From Amoebidium appalachense (lineage: Eukaryota; Protista; Ichthyosporea): a stretch of DNA of 64,000 bases. Shown one piece after another: positions 12,701 through 25,481 of this stretch (positions are counted from its first letter, which is position 1; each line of letters opens with the position of its first letter). Location: NCBI GenBank assembly GCA_963693365.1, contig CAVNZM010000005.1, positions 2,594,342-2,658,341 of the forward strand, in the 5' to 3' direction. The position numbers and the translations under genes are program-made. The notes under the pieces are model-generated. The model had not been told where the DNA came from. It ran no database searches and saw only the letters and a program-made list of their open reading frames with translations.

Positions 12701-12949
12701 CTCACGTGTGGTGCGGCAAGTACAATAATGCCTCGGTTTTTCGCGTAACCGGGGTGTGTGGATGTGTCGACCAATGTAGAGTTGAATTTGTGGTGGTTTT
12801 TAAACTGTGTTTCGCAAATCACTGTAAACGTGTGGTTGTTTGTCTGTTGTTGTATGTAGCTGATTTTATCGTCGAGTGTCCCGGGGGGGGAGGCCCTTTT
12901 GGGGGCCCAGTGTCCGAGCATTCCAGAAGAAGAAGGATAAATTAGGCAT
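9754..12949 (-). CDS. LINE ORF2: apurinic-like endonuclease plus reverse transcriptase, with one frameshift in a C8 run near the start
   Basis: The likely start ATG at 12949 gives MPNLSFFFWNARTL, joined by a 1-nt shift at 12883-12890 to the long ORF. APE motifs: ICETQ, VYYPP, LGDFN, SDH. RT motifs: GPDG, FRPITL, QSAFR, FIDWKTAYDSV, QGSLLSPFLFNLFIDDL, YADDL, YKYLG. Confidence 0.93.
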
Positions 12950-13809
12950 CGGTTTGGTCCGACACCTGTGGGGTTGGTTCCCACTTGTCGCTTACGGGGT
13001 CGTATGCACGACCTTCCGCCAGCGCGAACAGTTCGCAGAAGAGCTCGATTTCCATCTCGCATCGGCGTTTGCGCTCGAGCAGTTTCTCACCAGAAAACAT
13101 TGGTTCCTTCGTGTCCGTGTCTATCACGCTCGTAGCATCGTTTTCCAACTTTGCGAGGAACTCTTTTGCCTTGCTGATGCGTACACGACATCGTGTGGCG
13201 CACGCATTCTTAGCAGACACTTTACGTTCTTTGTCTGCTTTCTGAATGTTTTCCGGCGCGCATGGGTCGTAGCTTGGGAGGTGGGTGAAGAAGCTTCCAC
13301 ACCCCTTTGTCGCGTCACGGATGAACGCACGGTTATAGTCGCCCCGTACTGCTACTTCCAGCACATCGTATCCAATGAAGGACAGACAAAGGATGCGAGA
13401 GCACCGGAAGCCGAGAGCCTTGAAGATGGACCACATGGCCCTGTGTGGGCGTCTGCCGTGCTTGACTTTGAAATACACCCTCTCGTATTTGGGTGGGATG
13501 TTGATGTTACCGTTTGCTTGGGTGTTCCCCTTAGCCGGCGGTTTGGGAGGGGAGTTGCGGCGGTACTCGTTGCCTGCAAGAATGCTGGCATATGTTTCCT
13601 TGGCAATTTGGCGGAGCTCGGGTGTTTTACGAGAGTTCGCATATTCTAGGAACTCTGCCGGGAGCTGTGCTTCCGGTCCTGTGTTGTTTTGTGTTGGGGT
13701 GGAAATGTCTCCGTCGCGAGATGTTTGCTCATGAGTTTTGGGGTTTTGCGATCCACTAATGTTTAGCTGGGCTGTGAGTGAATCAATGGTGAGCTTGAGT
13801 TGGGTATTT
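12942..13809 (-). CDS. LINE ORF1 (5'-truncated)
   Basis: Open frame upstream of ORF2 whose stop closely follows the ORF2 ATG (gATGccTAA). Basic protein containing RILCLSFIGYDVLEV...DY...YDP. Confidence 0.8.
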
Positions 13810-13837
13810 GTCGCGGGTTCAAATCCCGTCGGGATCA
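13810..13837 (+). tRNA. 3' half of the interrupted tRNA-like gene (T arm/B box, acceptor 3' strand, A discriminator)
   Basis: GTC GCGGG TTCAAAT CCCGT CGGGATC A, followed by a Pol III terminator TTTTT at 13840-13844. Confidence 0.85.
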
Positions 13838-13855
13838 TCTTTTTCTCATCCTCTT

Positions 13856-15628
13856 CTCGCTGGGGTAAAAGCCAGCACGCCTTTACTGGCGTCATCACAA
13901 CCATCGGCAGCTCGGCAGGGGGGGTGCGGCATGCCAGGAGCTACTACTAGAGAGAAGGGGGGGGTATGATTGGAGGGGGGGTGTTCAGCTAACCTTATAT
14001 GGATAAAGCAAAGTTACAAGGATTCAAGCCATTGGTTGGGCAAGACCCCTTTTGCCGAATATGGATAACAGATCATACACTGCTGTAGGCGGCGGTCAGG
14101 AATTGGCGCGCTCTTTACTGGTCACAACCAGTCCGGGAAGGCCATGAGCAGCATTGCCGAGCACACTGGAATACGGGAATGTTTGCGGTAACGTAGTCGC
14201 ACTAGGGGGGCAGGGGGCCAGGCCCCAAGTGTTTAAAATGAAGCCAGGCTGCCCTAAGGGCACAACACAGCGCCCTGGGCATAAAACAGGCGGAGCTAGG
14301 GAGGGAGCTGGGCGCAAAAAAAAAGATGCTGCATTTGTTCAGCCTTTAGCGAACTTTGCAGGTTTTGGGACGGCAAACAAAGCTGTTTTGCAGGAACTAA
14401 ACGTAAACGTACAACCCGAACAGCCCCCTCTATCTAAGGCCGCCGACATAAGGGCCCGTGTAGTTGAGGCAGGTAGCGTCCATTCGTTACCAAGAGAAAT
14501 GGATCGGGCCCCTGCTCCACACCCACCAGACATACAGGTGCAACCCGACGAGGAACCTTTGCTAAATGCAGCAGCAGATGCGTACCGGGTAGACGAGGAT
14601 GAAGGGGAGGAAGAGGGAGAAGATAATACGGACGGGGATGACGGTGGAGAGGAGTTTTCTGACGCGGCGGGCGAAACAATCAAGTCGCACCTGCACACAG
14701 TGAAAGAGAGTCTCAAAGATGAGAAGACGCCTGTGGGGTGGCATCTTCCACCTCCCATTATAGGCTTTAAATTTGGGGGCGATCCAGCGCCTTTCTACAA
14801 ACCCAGATGTTTTGCCTGGCTTCCGGAAAGGTTGTCTCCCGGTTTCATGGTGCCGTGCCCCTTCGATGATCACTACGTGGACCCCCACAACCACCCCCCA
14901 ACCCACACCGTACTTCTCGCAATGGGTTCATGAGCAACCCCGTAGGACGGCGTGTTATCGACTTTGACAGCTGCTACTACATTATCACGGCCCGGTACTT
15001 TTGTGACACATGCAAAAAAAACTTTGCCGGCACAAACCCCCAGACAATTAAACGCCTTCCACTCTTCATGCGTGATCAGTTTCCGGCCTACCTTAGCCAC
15101 CGCAGTGGGCTCGACCTAAAGGTGGTAACATTGTTGCGTGCACTGGCAGACAAAGGTGTGGGCCCAAACGCCTTTGCCACCCTCCTCTCGGAGCTCCACA
15201 AGCAGCGATACGACGAGCAGCGGCTCCTGTATTACTCGAGGGCGCTGCATTGGACCAAGTATGAACTCAAAAAGCGTAACGATTTCCGCCCCCACGACCA
15301 GCGCCTGACAGAACTTCCCCCAGAGGAGCAGGCGGCTAAGTTCTCGGCGTTTGGTGACAAAAATGGTTACGCTGGACATGTGCCTTCAGGCAAGTGTGCA
15401 CTGCATTTTGGGTGTGTAAATGGTCCCCATTGTTTTGTATGCACGTGCTTGGGCATTTTTTGGGTTGGCTTGGTAGGGTTTTGTTTTATTATTTTTTATT
15501 TTTTTTTTAGGGGGGGGGGGGGACTTGGAAATGGGTTTTGGAAGTGTGGTCAATAAGTTTCTATTATGGTGGTGGTGGATGTGTGGTGGTGGATGTGCGC
15601 CTGTGAGTGTGCGTGTACTTGTGGGTCC

Positions 15629-15659
<31 letters not shown>

Positions 15660-15926
15660 GGGGGGGGGGAGGGGGGAGGGGGGACATGGTGATGGATTAG
15701 GTGGTGGTGGTGGCAATCAGTCATGGTGGTGGTGGTGGTGGTGGTGGTGGTGGGGGGGGGGGGGGGGGGGGGGGGGGGGAGGGCAGAGGGATCATCAGAG
15801 GGGTGAAAGCATAACGGTCCATGTACCAGTGAGTGTGCTTGGGAAATCGTGGAGAACTGTTATGCCTGAAATTAGATGGTGGGTGTGCGCATGTGTGTCT
15901 GTGTGTGTTGGGGGAAAGGAGGTGGA

Positions 15927-15976
<50 letters not shown>

Positions 15977-16638
15977 GGGCACATGGTGGTAGACTGGATC
16001 TTGGTGGCGGTACTTAATGGTTATTATAGTAGTGGCAGGAGGGTGTGGGGGGAAGGGCAAACGGACGTGCAGGGGACAAACTGCAGATGGGGCACAAAGG
16101 GGAAAGAAGGTGAAAGTTGGTGCAATGACTTGGAGGGTTTGCGCGCGCCGGGGAGGCGGGGGGAGGGGGGGGGGGGGGGGGGGGAGGGGGGGGGGGGGGC
16201 AAACGGCCGGAGATGGGTGTGTAGCGTTTTTGAGATGGGAAAAGCCATACAGACTTACGAAAATACAGAGAGGTGAGATGAACACGAGGGACTAGAGGGA
16301 ATGGGGGGGATGGTCCTGATGGGAGGGTGGTGGAGTTCTAACAGTACTTGGGGTTCAGGCAAATACCTGAGTGCCGTGTATACTGAGTTCAGCGACCGCA
16401 CGGCAAAGTACCAGAGCCTGGACACGCAGCTCAAGCCCGTAAACAACGTGCTCAAGGCCGACCACACCTTCCAAATTGGGAAGCTCACCGGCATCAATGG
16501 GGAGCCTCTGTACCGAGGCCTATGGACTTGTGTAAACGAGCTTGGCGGTGTGTGGTCCCTCCTCTTCTCCCCCCCCTCCCCCCACTCTCCCCCAGGCCCC
16601 CTCTCCCCCTCCCCCCCCCCCCCCCCCACACACGCCCA

Positions 16639-16669
<31 letters not shown>

Positions 16670-16901
16670 ACGCCCCCCTCCCCCCCTCCCCCCCCCCCTC
16701 CCCCCTCTAGGGCCTTTAAATCTCTTAGGCTCCACATTTAATGAGGTGGCACACTGTGAGTAGAGGTTTGTAGTATGTGGGTTTTGGGGACAATTCTTGC
16801 CCTGTCGAGCAAAAACTAGGAAGCTCCAGATATGTGTGTATGTGTTTTTGCTGGGTAGAGATTGGGGTGGGCTGGGGTGGAGCTTTCTTTTGGCGGGGAA
16901 T

Positions 16902-16940
<39 letters not shown>

Positions 16941-17092
16941 GGGGGGAGGGGGGGGGGGGGGGGCAAGCTTCTGCCAAGCAGAATGGGAGTAGGGGCCAGT
17001 GATTGCAAGGGATGCAGGGGGGGGGGGGGGGGGGGGGAGAGACACCACCGTCGGGGTTGAAGGTAGAGAGGGCAAGAGGCCCGGGGTGGGGT

Positions 17093-17124
<32 letters not shown>

Positions 17125-18592
17125 AGTAGGTGCCATATGGAGGGCTGTCCCATGGTTTGGGGGGAGGGGGAGTGGGGAAGGATCGTGGGCACATGGGTTT
17201 GGGGGGAAGGCAGAGAGGGGGAAAGGATTGTGATCACAAGGGTTTAGGGGGAGGAAGGGGGAAGGATTGTAGGTACATGGGTTTAGGGGGGAGGGGGGGG
17301 GGGAAGATTTTGGGGGAAAGGGAGGCCTGGGGAAAGTATGTGGGCACATGGGTTTGGGGGGAAGGAGGGGGAAGGGTTTTGGGGGAGAGGGAGGGGAAAG
17401 TATGTGGGCACATGGGTTTGGGGGGAGGGAGGGGGAAAGGATTGTGTGGGCACTGAAGTCTCGTGAAGGGCCATGTGGTAAGGGAAGCTAGAACATGCAT
17501 GGCTGCTGGGAGATGCCCTCTCACACAGTGCGGCACCCCAGAGATCCGGGCGCAGGTATTTACACGAGACTGCAGCCACCAGGAGATTGAGCCCGTGATC
17601 CAGCGCATCTCTGCCACCACGGCGGCGCTCAACAGCAAGGGCCCGGCCTTCTTCTACACAGATCGGTGCTGCCAAGACCGGGCGTTTGTTGAGCGCATGT
17701 TTCCAACCCTAGCCCGGCCAAAATGCCCCGTCCGTCTGAACGAGGCTGCGCTGGTAAGCGTGACGGACGGTCTGCCTGGGCTGGAGCTGCCGGCCAACTA
17801 CCCTAAGCCGGTGTACACCGACTGCCAGGGGGCGGTGGTGGCTACAGCGGCCATTCGTGCCGACCTGGAGGGGCAGCAGCACCGCGTGGTGGGGCTGGAC
17901 TGCGAGTGGGTCTATCGGGTGGGCCAGGCGCGGTCCAAGGTTTGCACGCTGCAGATTGCCACCGCACGGGCCGTGTACATCTTCCACTTGGCACGCATGG
18001 GCCCCAACCACAGCCCGCCCGCGCGGCTGGTGGACGAGCTGATTGCGCTGCTTAGGGACCCCAGCATCATCAAGGTGGGCAAGCAGATCGGCACGGACTC
18101 GGCCCACCTCAACAAGGACTACGGCACCCCTGTGGCCAGCTATCTGGAGCTGGGCCGGTTCTGCTATGCCCGTGCAGCTATCACCTCTGCGGCCCGGGGC
18201 TTGGCCGACATCACTGCCCAGGTCATAGGCAAGAAGCTGCCCAAGCCGGCACTTGTTCGATGCTCCAACTGGCACGAGCCGCTATCAGAGGTGCAGGCCA
18301 CCTACGCTGCCCTTGATGCATATGCGTCCCTGCAGGTCTACTCGGCCGTGGTCGATAGGCCAAACCTGTCAGGTGTGTATCCCACCTGCTTTTTGCCCCA
18401 GTGCTTATGTGCTTATGCCAGATATAGAAAGATTGTGGGCCCCCCAGAGGGAGAGGGGAGGGGGAGGGGAGGGGGGGGGGGGGGGGGGGGGGGGGGTGGC
18501 TGACCACATGGGCCAGTGTTCCAGTTGTGTTATGCTGGGTGTCGGGTGGCTATCAAAGGAGGGGGTGATTGGTGGTGGTGGTGGTGGTGGGT

Positions 18593-18629
<37 letters not shown>

Positions 18630-19672
18630 CTATAGCACTGTTAACACGTGCAAGTGCCACACAAGCTGGGCACTGGGAGAGGGGGGGGGGGGGGGGAGGG
18701 AGAAGGGGGGGGGGGGGGGGGGAAGGGGGTTGCTAAGGAATATGCATTTGATTTTTGTGGAGCGAAGAGAAAAACGTTGGTGCTGTGGCTTTTTGGCTGA
18801 GTTTTTTGCTTCCCTCTATGACATGCAGCGCGGCTTCATGCAAAGGCACTCGGTGAAGGGGTTGAGATTGTGCCCCGGCGGGGCCCACATGCTGCAGCAG
18901 CCACCGGGGTGGTGCTGGCTGTGCAGCCGGAGCGCTGGGGGGGCATGAAGGTGGGCAAGAAGCATGCAGTGGTGCGGGTGGATCAGGTGCTGTCGCCGGC
19001 CATGCAGGTGCCCTTTGGCCCCGACAAGGGCAAGACCCTGGGAGAGCTGGGCCCGCCGCCCTTTGAGCTGATGGTGCACCTGCAGTGGCTACGGCCCATT
19101 CAGCCCCCACCGGACCCAGGTGCCGAGGTGCCGGTGGTCCCTGACCCAGCCCCTCCCCCTGCCAGTCCTCCCCCTGCCGAGCAGCAGCAACCCCTTGCCG
19201 GCCCACAGGCACCCCCCCAGGACCCCCAGGCAGCCCCGGGGGGCCTTGAGGCAGCCCCAGGGGGACCCGAGGCAGCTCCCAGAGAGGGCATGTTGGGCCA
19301 GGCACCGCCTGGGGAGGTGGTGTGGCAGACTGTGCTGAATGACGCCTTCCACTCCATTGCAAACACGGCGGACGGCACGTACAAGTCACACCCCCGCAGG
19401 GCTGAGTACGCACGCGCACTCAGCGAGGCAATATTTGTGTGGAATGAAGAGGATTACGGACATGTGAAGGTGCCCCCCCCTCCCCCCCCCCCCCAAAATA
19501 AAAAATAAAAAATAAAAATAAAAAAAACGGCAACAACAACATGCGTGACTGACGCGCACACACACATACACTCGTTAGCACACACTCACCATTCCACCCA
19601 CAACCATGCACACCTTCGACAAAACTTCTGAGGGAAGAGAGAGAGCCTGAGCCTCAGAGAGAGGGGGGGGAA

Positions 19673-19729
<57 letters not shown>

Positions 19730-20296
19730 GGAGAGTGGGGGTTATTCATATGCCTAGAGAGAAATAATGTAGGGTTGTGGGGGGAAATAGCCACATGCAT
19801 TTTTTACTTGTGTTGGGGGAGAAGATGGGGGGGGTGGAGGGGAGGGGTCCTACAATAACGGCAGGTATCAAAGTCTACCAAACCCAAATTGCAGTGTGCG
19901 TAGTAAATTAATATTGGCATCCTGCCTCACAGGGGGTGCTGGAGCAGAAGGGCATCGACATTGAAACCGAGCTCAAGGGCGGCGACCTGAGCTACTTCAT
20001 GGAGCGCATCCGGCGGGTTATTCCCGACCCATACACGCTGGTCTCGCGGCTGGTGGAGTTCAAAAACACCTACAAGGATGTGCCGCCCGGACCGGATGGC
20101 AAGCCTCTGTTCAAGAAGGATGGCTTTGAAAGACTCGAGGCAACATCCCCCCCCCCCCCCCCCCTCCCCCTGCAGGCGCCCAACAACTCCACCACCACAG
20201 AAAAGATTCTTCGCTTATTTGTCATCCTTGGTTCATCTGCACACACACGCACACCCTAGCCTCCCCCCCCCCCCCCCCCCCTCCCCCCCCAAACAT

Positions 20297-20372
<76 letters not shown>

Positions 20373-20453
20373 CCCGCACGGCCCTTGCTGCCTAGCCAGT
20401 TGTTTTTTGCCTTTCCCTGCTCGTTTTTTTCCTTAGCAACCCCATCCCCCCCC

Positions 20454-20504
<51 letters not shown>

Positions 20505-22239
20505 CCACCACCACCACCCACCCATCTCTCTGATGTTTGCTTGTGCCCCCACAGTCGCTGCTCGAACACGCCCAAAATGGCTGTCTGTCGGACCCCCCCG
20601 GCCTGCCCCTCTACTACGAGACCACTGCCGACGCAGATGGGCTCATGCGCTACCGCTGCATCCGGGGCACCAACGAGGTGGAGGGGGCAGTGCACAACCC
20701 CCTGGCCACCCACTTTGGGGCCACACGCATGTCGCTGCGCCTGCTGGACGCCACCATGTCCAATAGGCGCCACCGCCACAACCTGCGTGCACACTACCGC
20801 AACCGCCTGGGCCAGGCATCGGGGCCCCCCCACTACAGCCCCTGGATTGTTGACGACATGGAGGCACTGGCGCTGATGCTGTACGGCCATCACCTCGACC
20901 CCCAGTGGGTACCCGTAGGCTGCTACAAGCTACCGGAGGAGTACTTCAACTTTGCCCCGCTCTCCTGTGTGGCCAATGCCCCGGCGCAGGAGCCAGTTGC
21001 GGTGCCCGCACCCCCACCTCCGTCTGATAACATCGAGCCTGCAGCCAATGGCGTGATGGGCGGGCCAGAGGACTGTGAGGTCGAGGAGGGTGACGGTGCT
21101 GCCATGGGGGGGGGCAACCAGGTGGCGCGTGGTGCACCACAGCCGGACCCTGCACTGAGGGGCGACTACAAGTTCCTGGCGCAGAAGCAACATGTGGCCA
21201 TCCCCTTCCTTCCGGTGCTTACCCCTCAGGAGCGCAAGCTATTCAGCACGCTGCTCCTGGGCACCTACAAGGCACATGCAAAGCCCAACGGCCAGCTGTT
21301 CGAGGCTTTGGCCCAAGACTTCAACAAGGCTGCCTCTGTGGCTGGGGGAATCTACATGAAGGATGCGGCCTACATCAAGAAGCATTTCGACAAGTGGAAG
21401 ACCTGGCAGACGGCACATGCACAGCGCTCCACACACGAGGGCCTGGCAGATCACCGCAAGCGTATGCGCGAGGAGAGGGCAGACGCTGTGCCAGCAACCA
21501 TACGGCCTGCCCCCTTGCCACCCCTCCCTGTTCCAGACGGTGTCGATGCAGGGGCGCAGCGTGAGCGGCCCTTGCCCATGCTAGTGGGCAAAAAGCATCG
21601 CAACATTGGCCCTGAGGGGCCCCTGCAGATGGATTTGCCGGTGCCCCCTCCTATGCAGCCACCCCAGAGAGCCCCCAAGACCTGCAAGACGTGTGGCCGC
21701 CAGGGCAAGGGCTGCCCCGGCTCCAATCGGGCCAAGAGCTGCCCACGTTGGGTTGCAGCCAATCAGGATGCCATGCCACCAGCACCCGCGCTTGACATGC
21801 AGCAGGGCCATGTGCCGCACATGCCCCCTGCACCCCATCCAGGCCCGCACCACCCACATGGCTGGCCCCCACCGTGGGGCATCATGCCGCCTCAGCCCGG
21901 CCCTGCCTTCCCCATGCCTGGGCTACTGCCGCAGCACGGTCCCCATCCTTACTTGGGCCATGTGGGCCAGCCCTCGGCTGGTGGGCAGTTCCCACCCCCT
22001 TCTCGTGCATCTGCTGTGCTGGGCCTGGCGTTGCCACCTGCTGGAGAGACGCAGCTGCAATGGCACGATCGAAAGCAAAGTAATCGTGGCCGCAAGTCTG
22101 CAGGCAGCCAATCAGGATCTCAGAGTAGTCAGAGTAGCCAAACTAGTGTCTAATATTGGAATGTACACCAATGTAACGGATCTCATATGTGTTGTAGTGC
22201 TTCAAGTTATACCTGTTCTTCGTACAGTCATGTTAGGGG

Positions 22240-22278
<39 letters not shown>

Positions 22279-22570
22279 CTAGCTTTCATTCCGAAGTTTA
22301 CTGTAAAGAATTAAAATTTAGAATCTGAGTAATAGTACAGAGCCTTTGCACTTTTCTCTGTTTGTTAGGAATTCTTTGTGATCGAGAGTATGGTGTGTTA
22401 GACTATTGGTGTTAATGTGTCCTGGAAGGTGTATAATGTCTGCTGGCCGTAGTCAGTATCTATTTTTAGGTATATAGTATATTTTTAAATGTTGGCCGCT
22501 GGCCAATAAATAGCAAATAATAAACACACGATAAAGTCAACAGCGTGCCAAAAAACTAATCCCCAGCGAG
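13856..22570 (+). mobile_element. Dada-like DNA transposon (boundaries approximate)
   Basis: Encodes the transposase below. A 10-bp inverted repeat CTCGCTGGGG (13856-13865) / CCCCAGCGAG (22561-22570) brackets the gene, each copy with a GCACGC motif just inside. Confidence 0.65.
14238..22153 (+). CDS. Dada-like (DUF6729-type) DDE transposase with inserted DEDDy/WRN-like 3'-5' exonuclease, 6 exons, about 1540 aa
   Basis: Exons 14238-15389 (1-nt shift in the C-run at about 14894-14899), 16359-16547, 17542-18372, 18829-19469, 19933-20139 and 20555-22153, with consistent phases. Transposase motifs: GGAREGAGRK, RRVIDFDSCYY...YFCDTC...FPAYLSHRSG, LKADHT, FYTDRCC, DAFH, YRCIRGTNEVEG, C-terminal CKTC...C...C. 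Exonuclease motifs: VGLDCEW...LQIA...RCSNW...YAALDA. Confidence 0.85.
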
Positions 22571-22604
22571 CGCACCCAGTGATGTGTGTGTGTGTGTGTG
22601 TGTC

Positions 22605-22660
<56 letters not shown>

Positions 22661-23990
22661 CGCGCGCGCGCGTGCGTGCGTGTGTGTGTGTGTGTGCGTG
22701 CGTGCGTGCGTGTGTGCGTGTGTGCGTGTGTGCGTGTGTGCGTGTGTGTGTGAGTGTGTGTGTGTGTGTGTGTGTATGTGTGGTGTGGTGTGTGCGCGGC
22801 TTGTACATATGTACGTGTTCATGTGCACCTGTGTCGGACCTACGAAGTACATGAAAGTAAATTTTGACAGCATCGATCTGCCGGTGTGTATGTGTATGTG
22901 TGCCAGTGCAGCAGGTGTGCCTTGTAACTGATAGCTTCGCATTTTACGTGTGTGTATATATAGTAGTACGCATAGACACTTGCTGATCATTCGGATCGAC
23001 ATTAATATTTAATCTGTCGGTCCTCGGTTTTTTGAGTGAATGATGATCAAGTGTAAGAGCATTCACTTGGCAAGTATTAATGTTGCAGAGGCTAGCTGCA
23101 GCTGCAAGCGTCGGATGCACACTGACAATTGTCTTTTCAGCGAGTCTAACCTGCAGGCAGCAGCTGCACACATATAGGGTTGTTATCTTGCGGCACATGC
23201 ACGGTGATCATTTCAGAGTAATAGAGTTCAGAGCAATGAAAATAATGAAAATAACTAAACTTTGTGACTACTTTAAAGTTGCTGAGATCATACGTGGTGC
23301 AAGCTGCACTATGAACACATGTATAGTGCTAGTAATTAATACATTTTTGTTGCCTTCTGCAGGGTTATCGTAGCTACGTCACGGCCTGCACTCGAGGGGG
23401 GGGGGGAGGGGGGGGGGGAGAGGGGGGGATGATTCGAAGGGGGTATAAATAAGAACATGCACCTAAAGGTCTTTCCCGTGGATCCTCCCCCCCTCCCCCC
23501 CCCACCTCTCCCTCCCCCGGGGCCCCATACTATGATATCTAGGCCCAATATTATATGCCCCTTCCCCCCCCCCCCCCCCCCCCCCCTCCTCTCCGGATCC
23601 CCGGACCCCACTTCCCTACCCGGAGGCTCAAGAGCTCCCCCCTTCCCCTTCCCCCCCCCCTCCCTCCCCCCCCCCCCCCAAGGCTTACGGGGGCCCTTCT
23701 TCATCGAGGGGGAGGGGGTGGGGGTGGGGGGGGTGGGGGGTGGGGGTGGGGGGAGGGAAGTGGAAGGCGGGGGTGGATGCATGTCAGCCTAGGTGAATTC
23801 AATTGTTTAACTCCAGTGTGCAGGACTGGTCTGAAGGCTTAAGAAAACAACGAGGAAATGGGGTCCAGTGGAGGTGGTGGTGGTGTTCTGTGTGTGTGTG
23901 TACACGTGCACGTATGTGTGTGGTTTTTTTAAGGGGTGAGTGGTGGTGGTGGTGGTGGTGGTGGTCACCGTGGTGGTGGTGTGTGTGTCT

Positions 23991-24060
<70 letters not shown>

Positions 24061-25142
24061 TAGAAAGAAAAACTGCTCGTGGGTCACTGTTTTTCGTCAC
24101 TGTATTTGTAACGGGCCGCTCATATTTATATAACTACTTTAATTTAAGTACACGTGTTCATTATCATATACGATGGCCAAATATAGAAATTTTGGCGTCG
24201 AAGTTCTTGGAGCTAAAAAAACGTTTAAAAGGGGGAAATAATAGCTTGGCCCCAAATTTACCTTGCCGTTTTTAGCGAATGTATTTTTTATTCATGAGTT
24301 CTAGTGATTCAGTGAGTGCACGTGCCTGCCTCAGGCTGATCATGACAACTGCAACACACCATTCCTACATGGATATCAACCAAAAGAAAATAGTATATAC
24401 TGTGGTGGTCTCCTAAACCTTGTGCGGCATGCGCATACATGATATTACAGTGACGCATGTGCATATTATTGTTCTGTACACCGGAGTGTGCCGGTGCACG
24501 TGGCTGTTTTGTGCACATGTTACAATAGCAGCACGATCTCCCTAAACTCCATGTTTACACATCCCTCACCCTGGCTCTGCCTTGTCGGTGCTCCAAAACA
24601 CACATACAAATCCCCCTAGACTCAGTGCCTGCACATGGTCGCATTCACGTGCAGGTCACGTGACACATGCGATGCCATACTGCCGTCTACAGCAACAACC
24701 ACGGCAGCATGTATACCGGCCCAGCACGAAATATACTTATCGGCAGCCCACTGAACTCGCCCATTTTCTCTTTTTCATGTATGTCCCTCCTTTTTTGTAA
24801 AATCACCCTTTTTGGCCTCCCGGTAGTGGATTTTGCAGGATTTGACTTCTTTGAGGTCCAAAAACCTCAAATTTTCCCCGGCGGGGCCGGGGAGGGAGAA
24901 TTCAAAAATTGCCCGCTCCTGATATGGTACCCGGGCCCTTAACTGCCGATGGTTAGGTTGTGATCTCAAGGCTAGCAAGATCGCTAGTCTCTGCACCAGG
25001 ACAAAATCCAAAAGTTACAGGGGAAACTTTGAAGGGTTTTACAGTTATATGTAAAGAATTACCTAAAAACACATGACGGTGTTTTATTGTGTGCATGAAA
25101 AAGGTTGTGAGCCCATTGCTTCAGATATAATTATATAACTTT

Positions 25143-25335
25143 GGGGTTTACGCTGTTTACTCGACGCAAAGAGAACCAGTCTCAGGTATGGGGGGGGGGT
25201 TTGCTCGGAATATCCCCTCAGCGGTATATCATGATCACGTACATAGATGTCGGGTGGTGACTATATATCAGGGTTTACTTTCTCTACGAGACACCATAAA
25301 GACTACAAGGAGAAATCAATTAGTTGGGGTTCCCC

Positions 25336-25374
<39 letters not shown>

Positions 25375-25406
25375 GGGCTCCCCTTGGGACACTCGGTATC
25401 AGCTGG

Positions 25407-25481
<75 letters not shown>

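Larger units (their letters stand above)
9396..13809 (-). mobile_element. Non-LTR retrotransposon (two ORFs, APE + RT), 5'-truncated within ORF1, inserted antisense into the tRNA-like gene
   Basis: ORF1 and ORF2 are listed below. The 3' end is defined by identity with the TSD-flanked copy at 25143-25634. The 5' junction abuts the tRNA T-arm. Confidence 0.92.

Noticed and set aside
12950-13062. ORF2 start at 13062 as given in the ORF track
   Set aside because: The APE N-terminal WNAR motif lies in another frame starting at ATG 12949, so the extension is an artefact of the C-run frameshift.
22980-24780. Orphan exon-like segments on the - strand and a possible TTAA-bounded transposon end at about 24225
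   Set aside because: No partner exons or matching second terminus were found.
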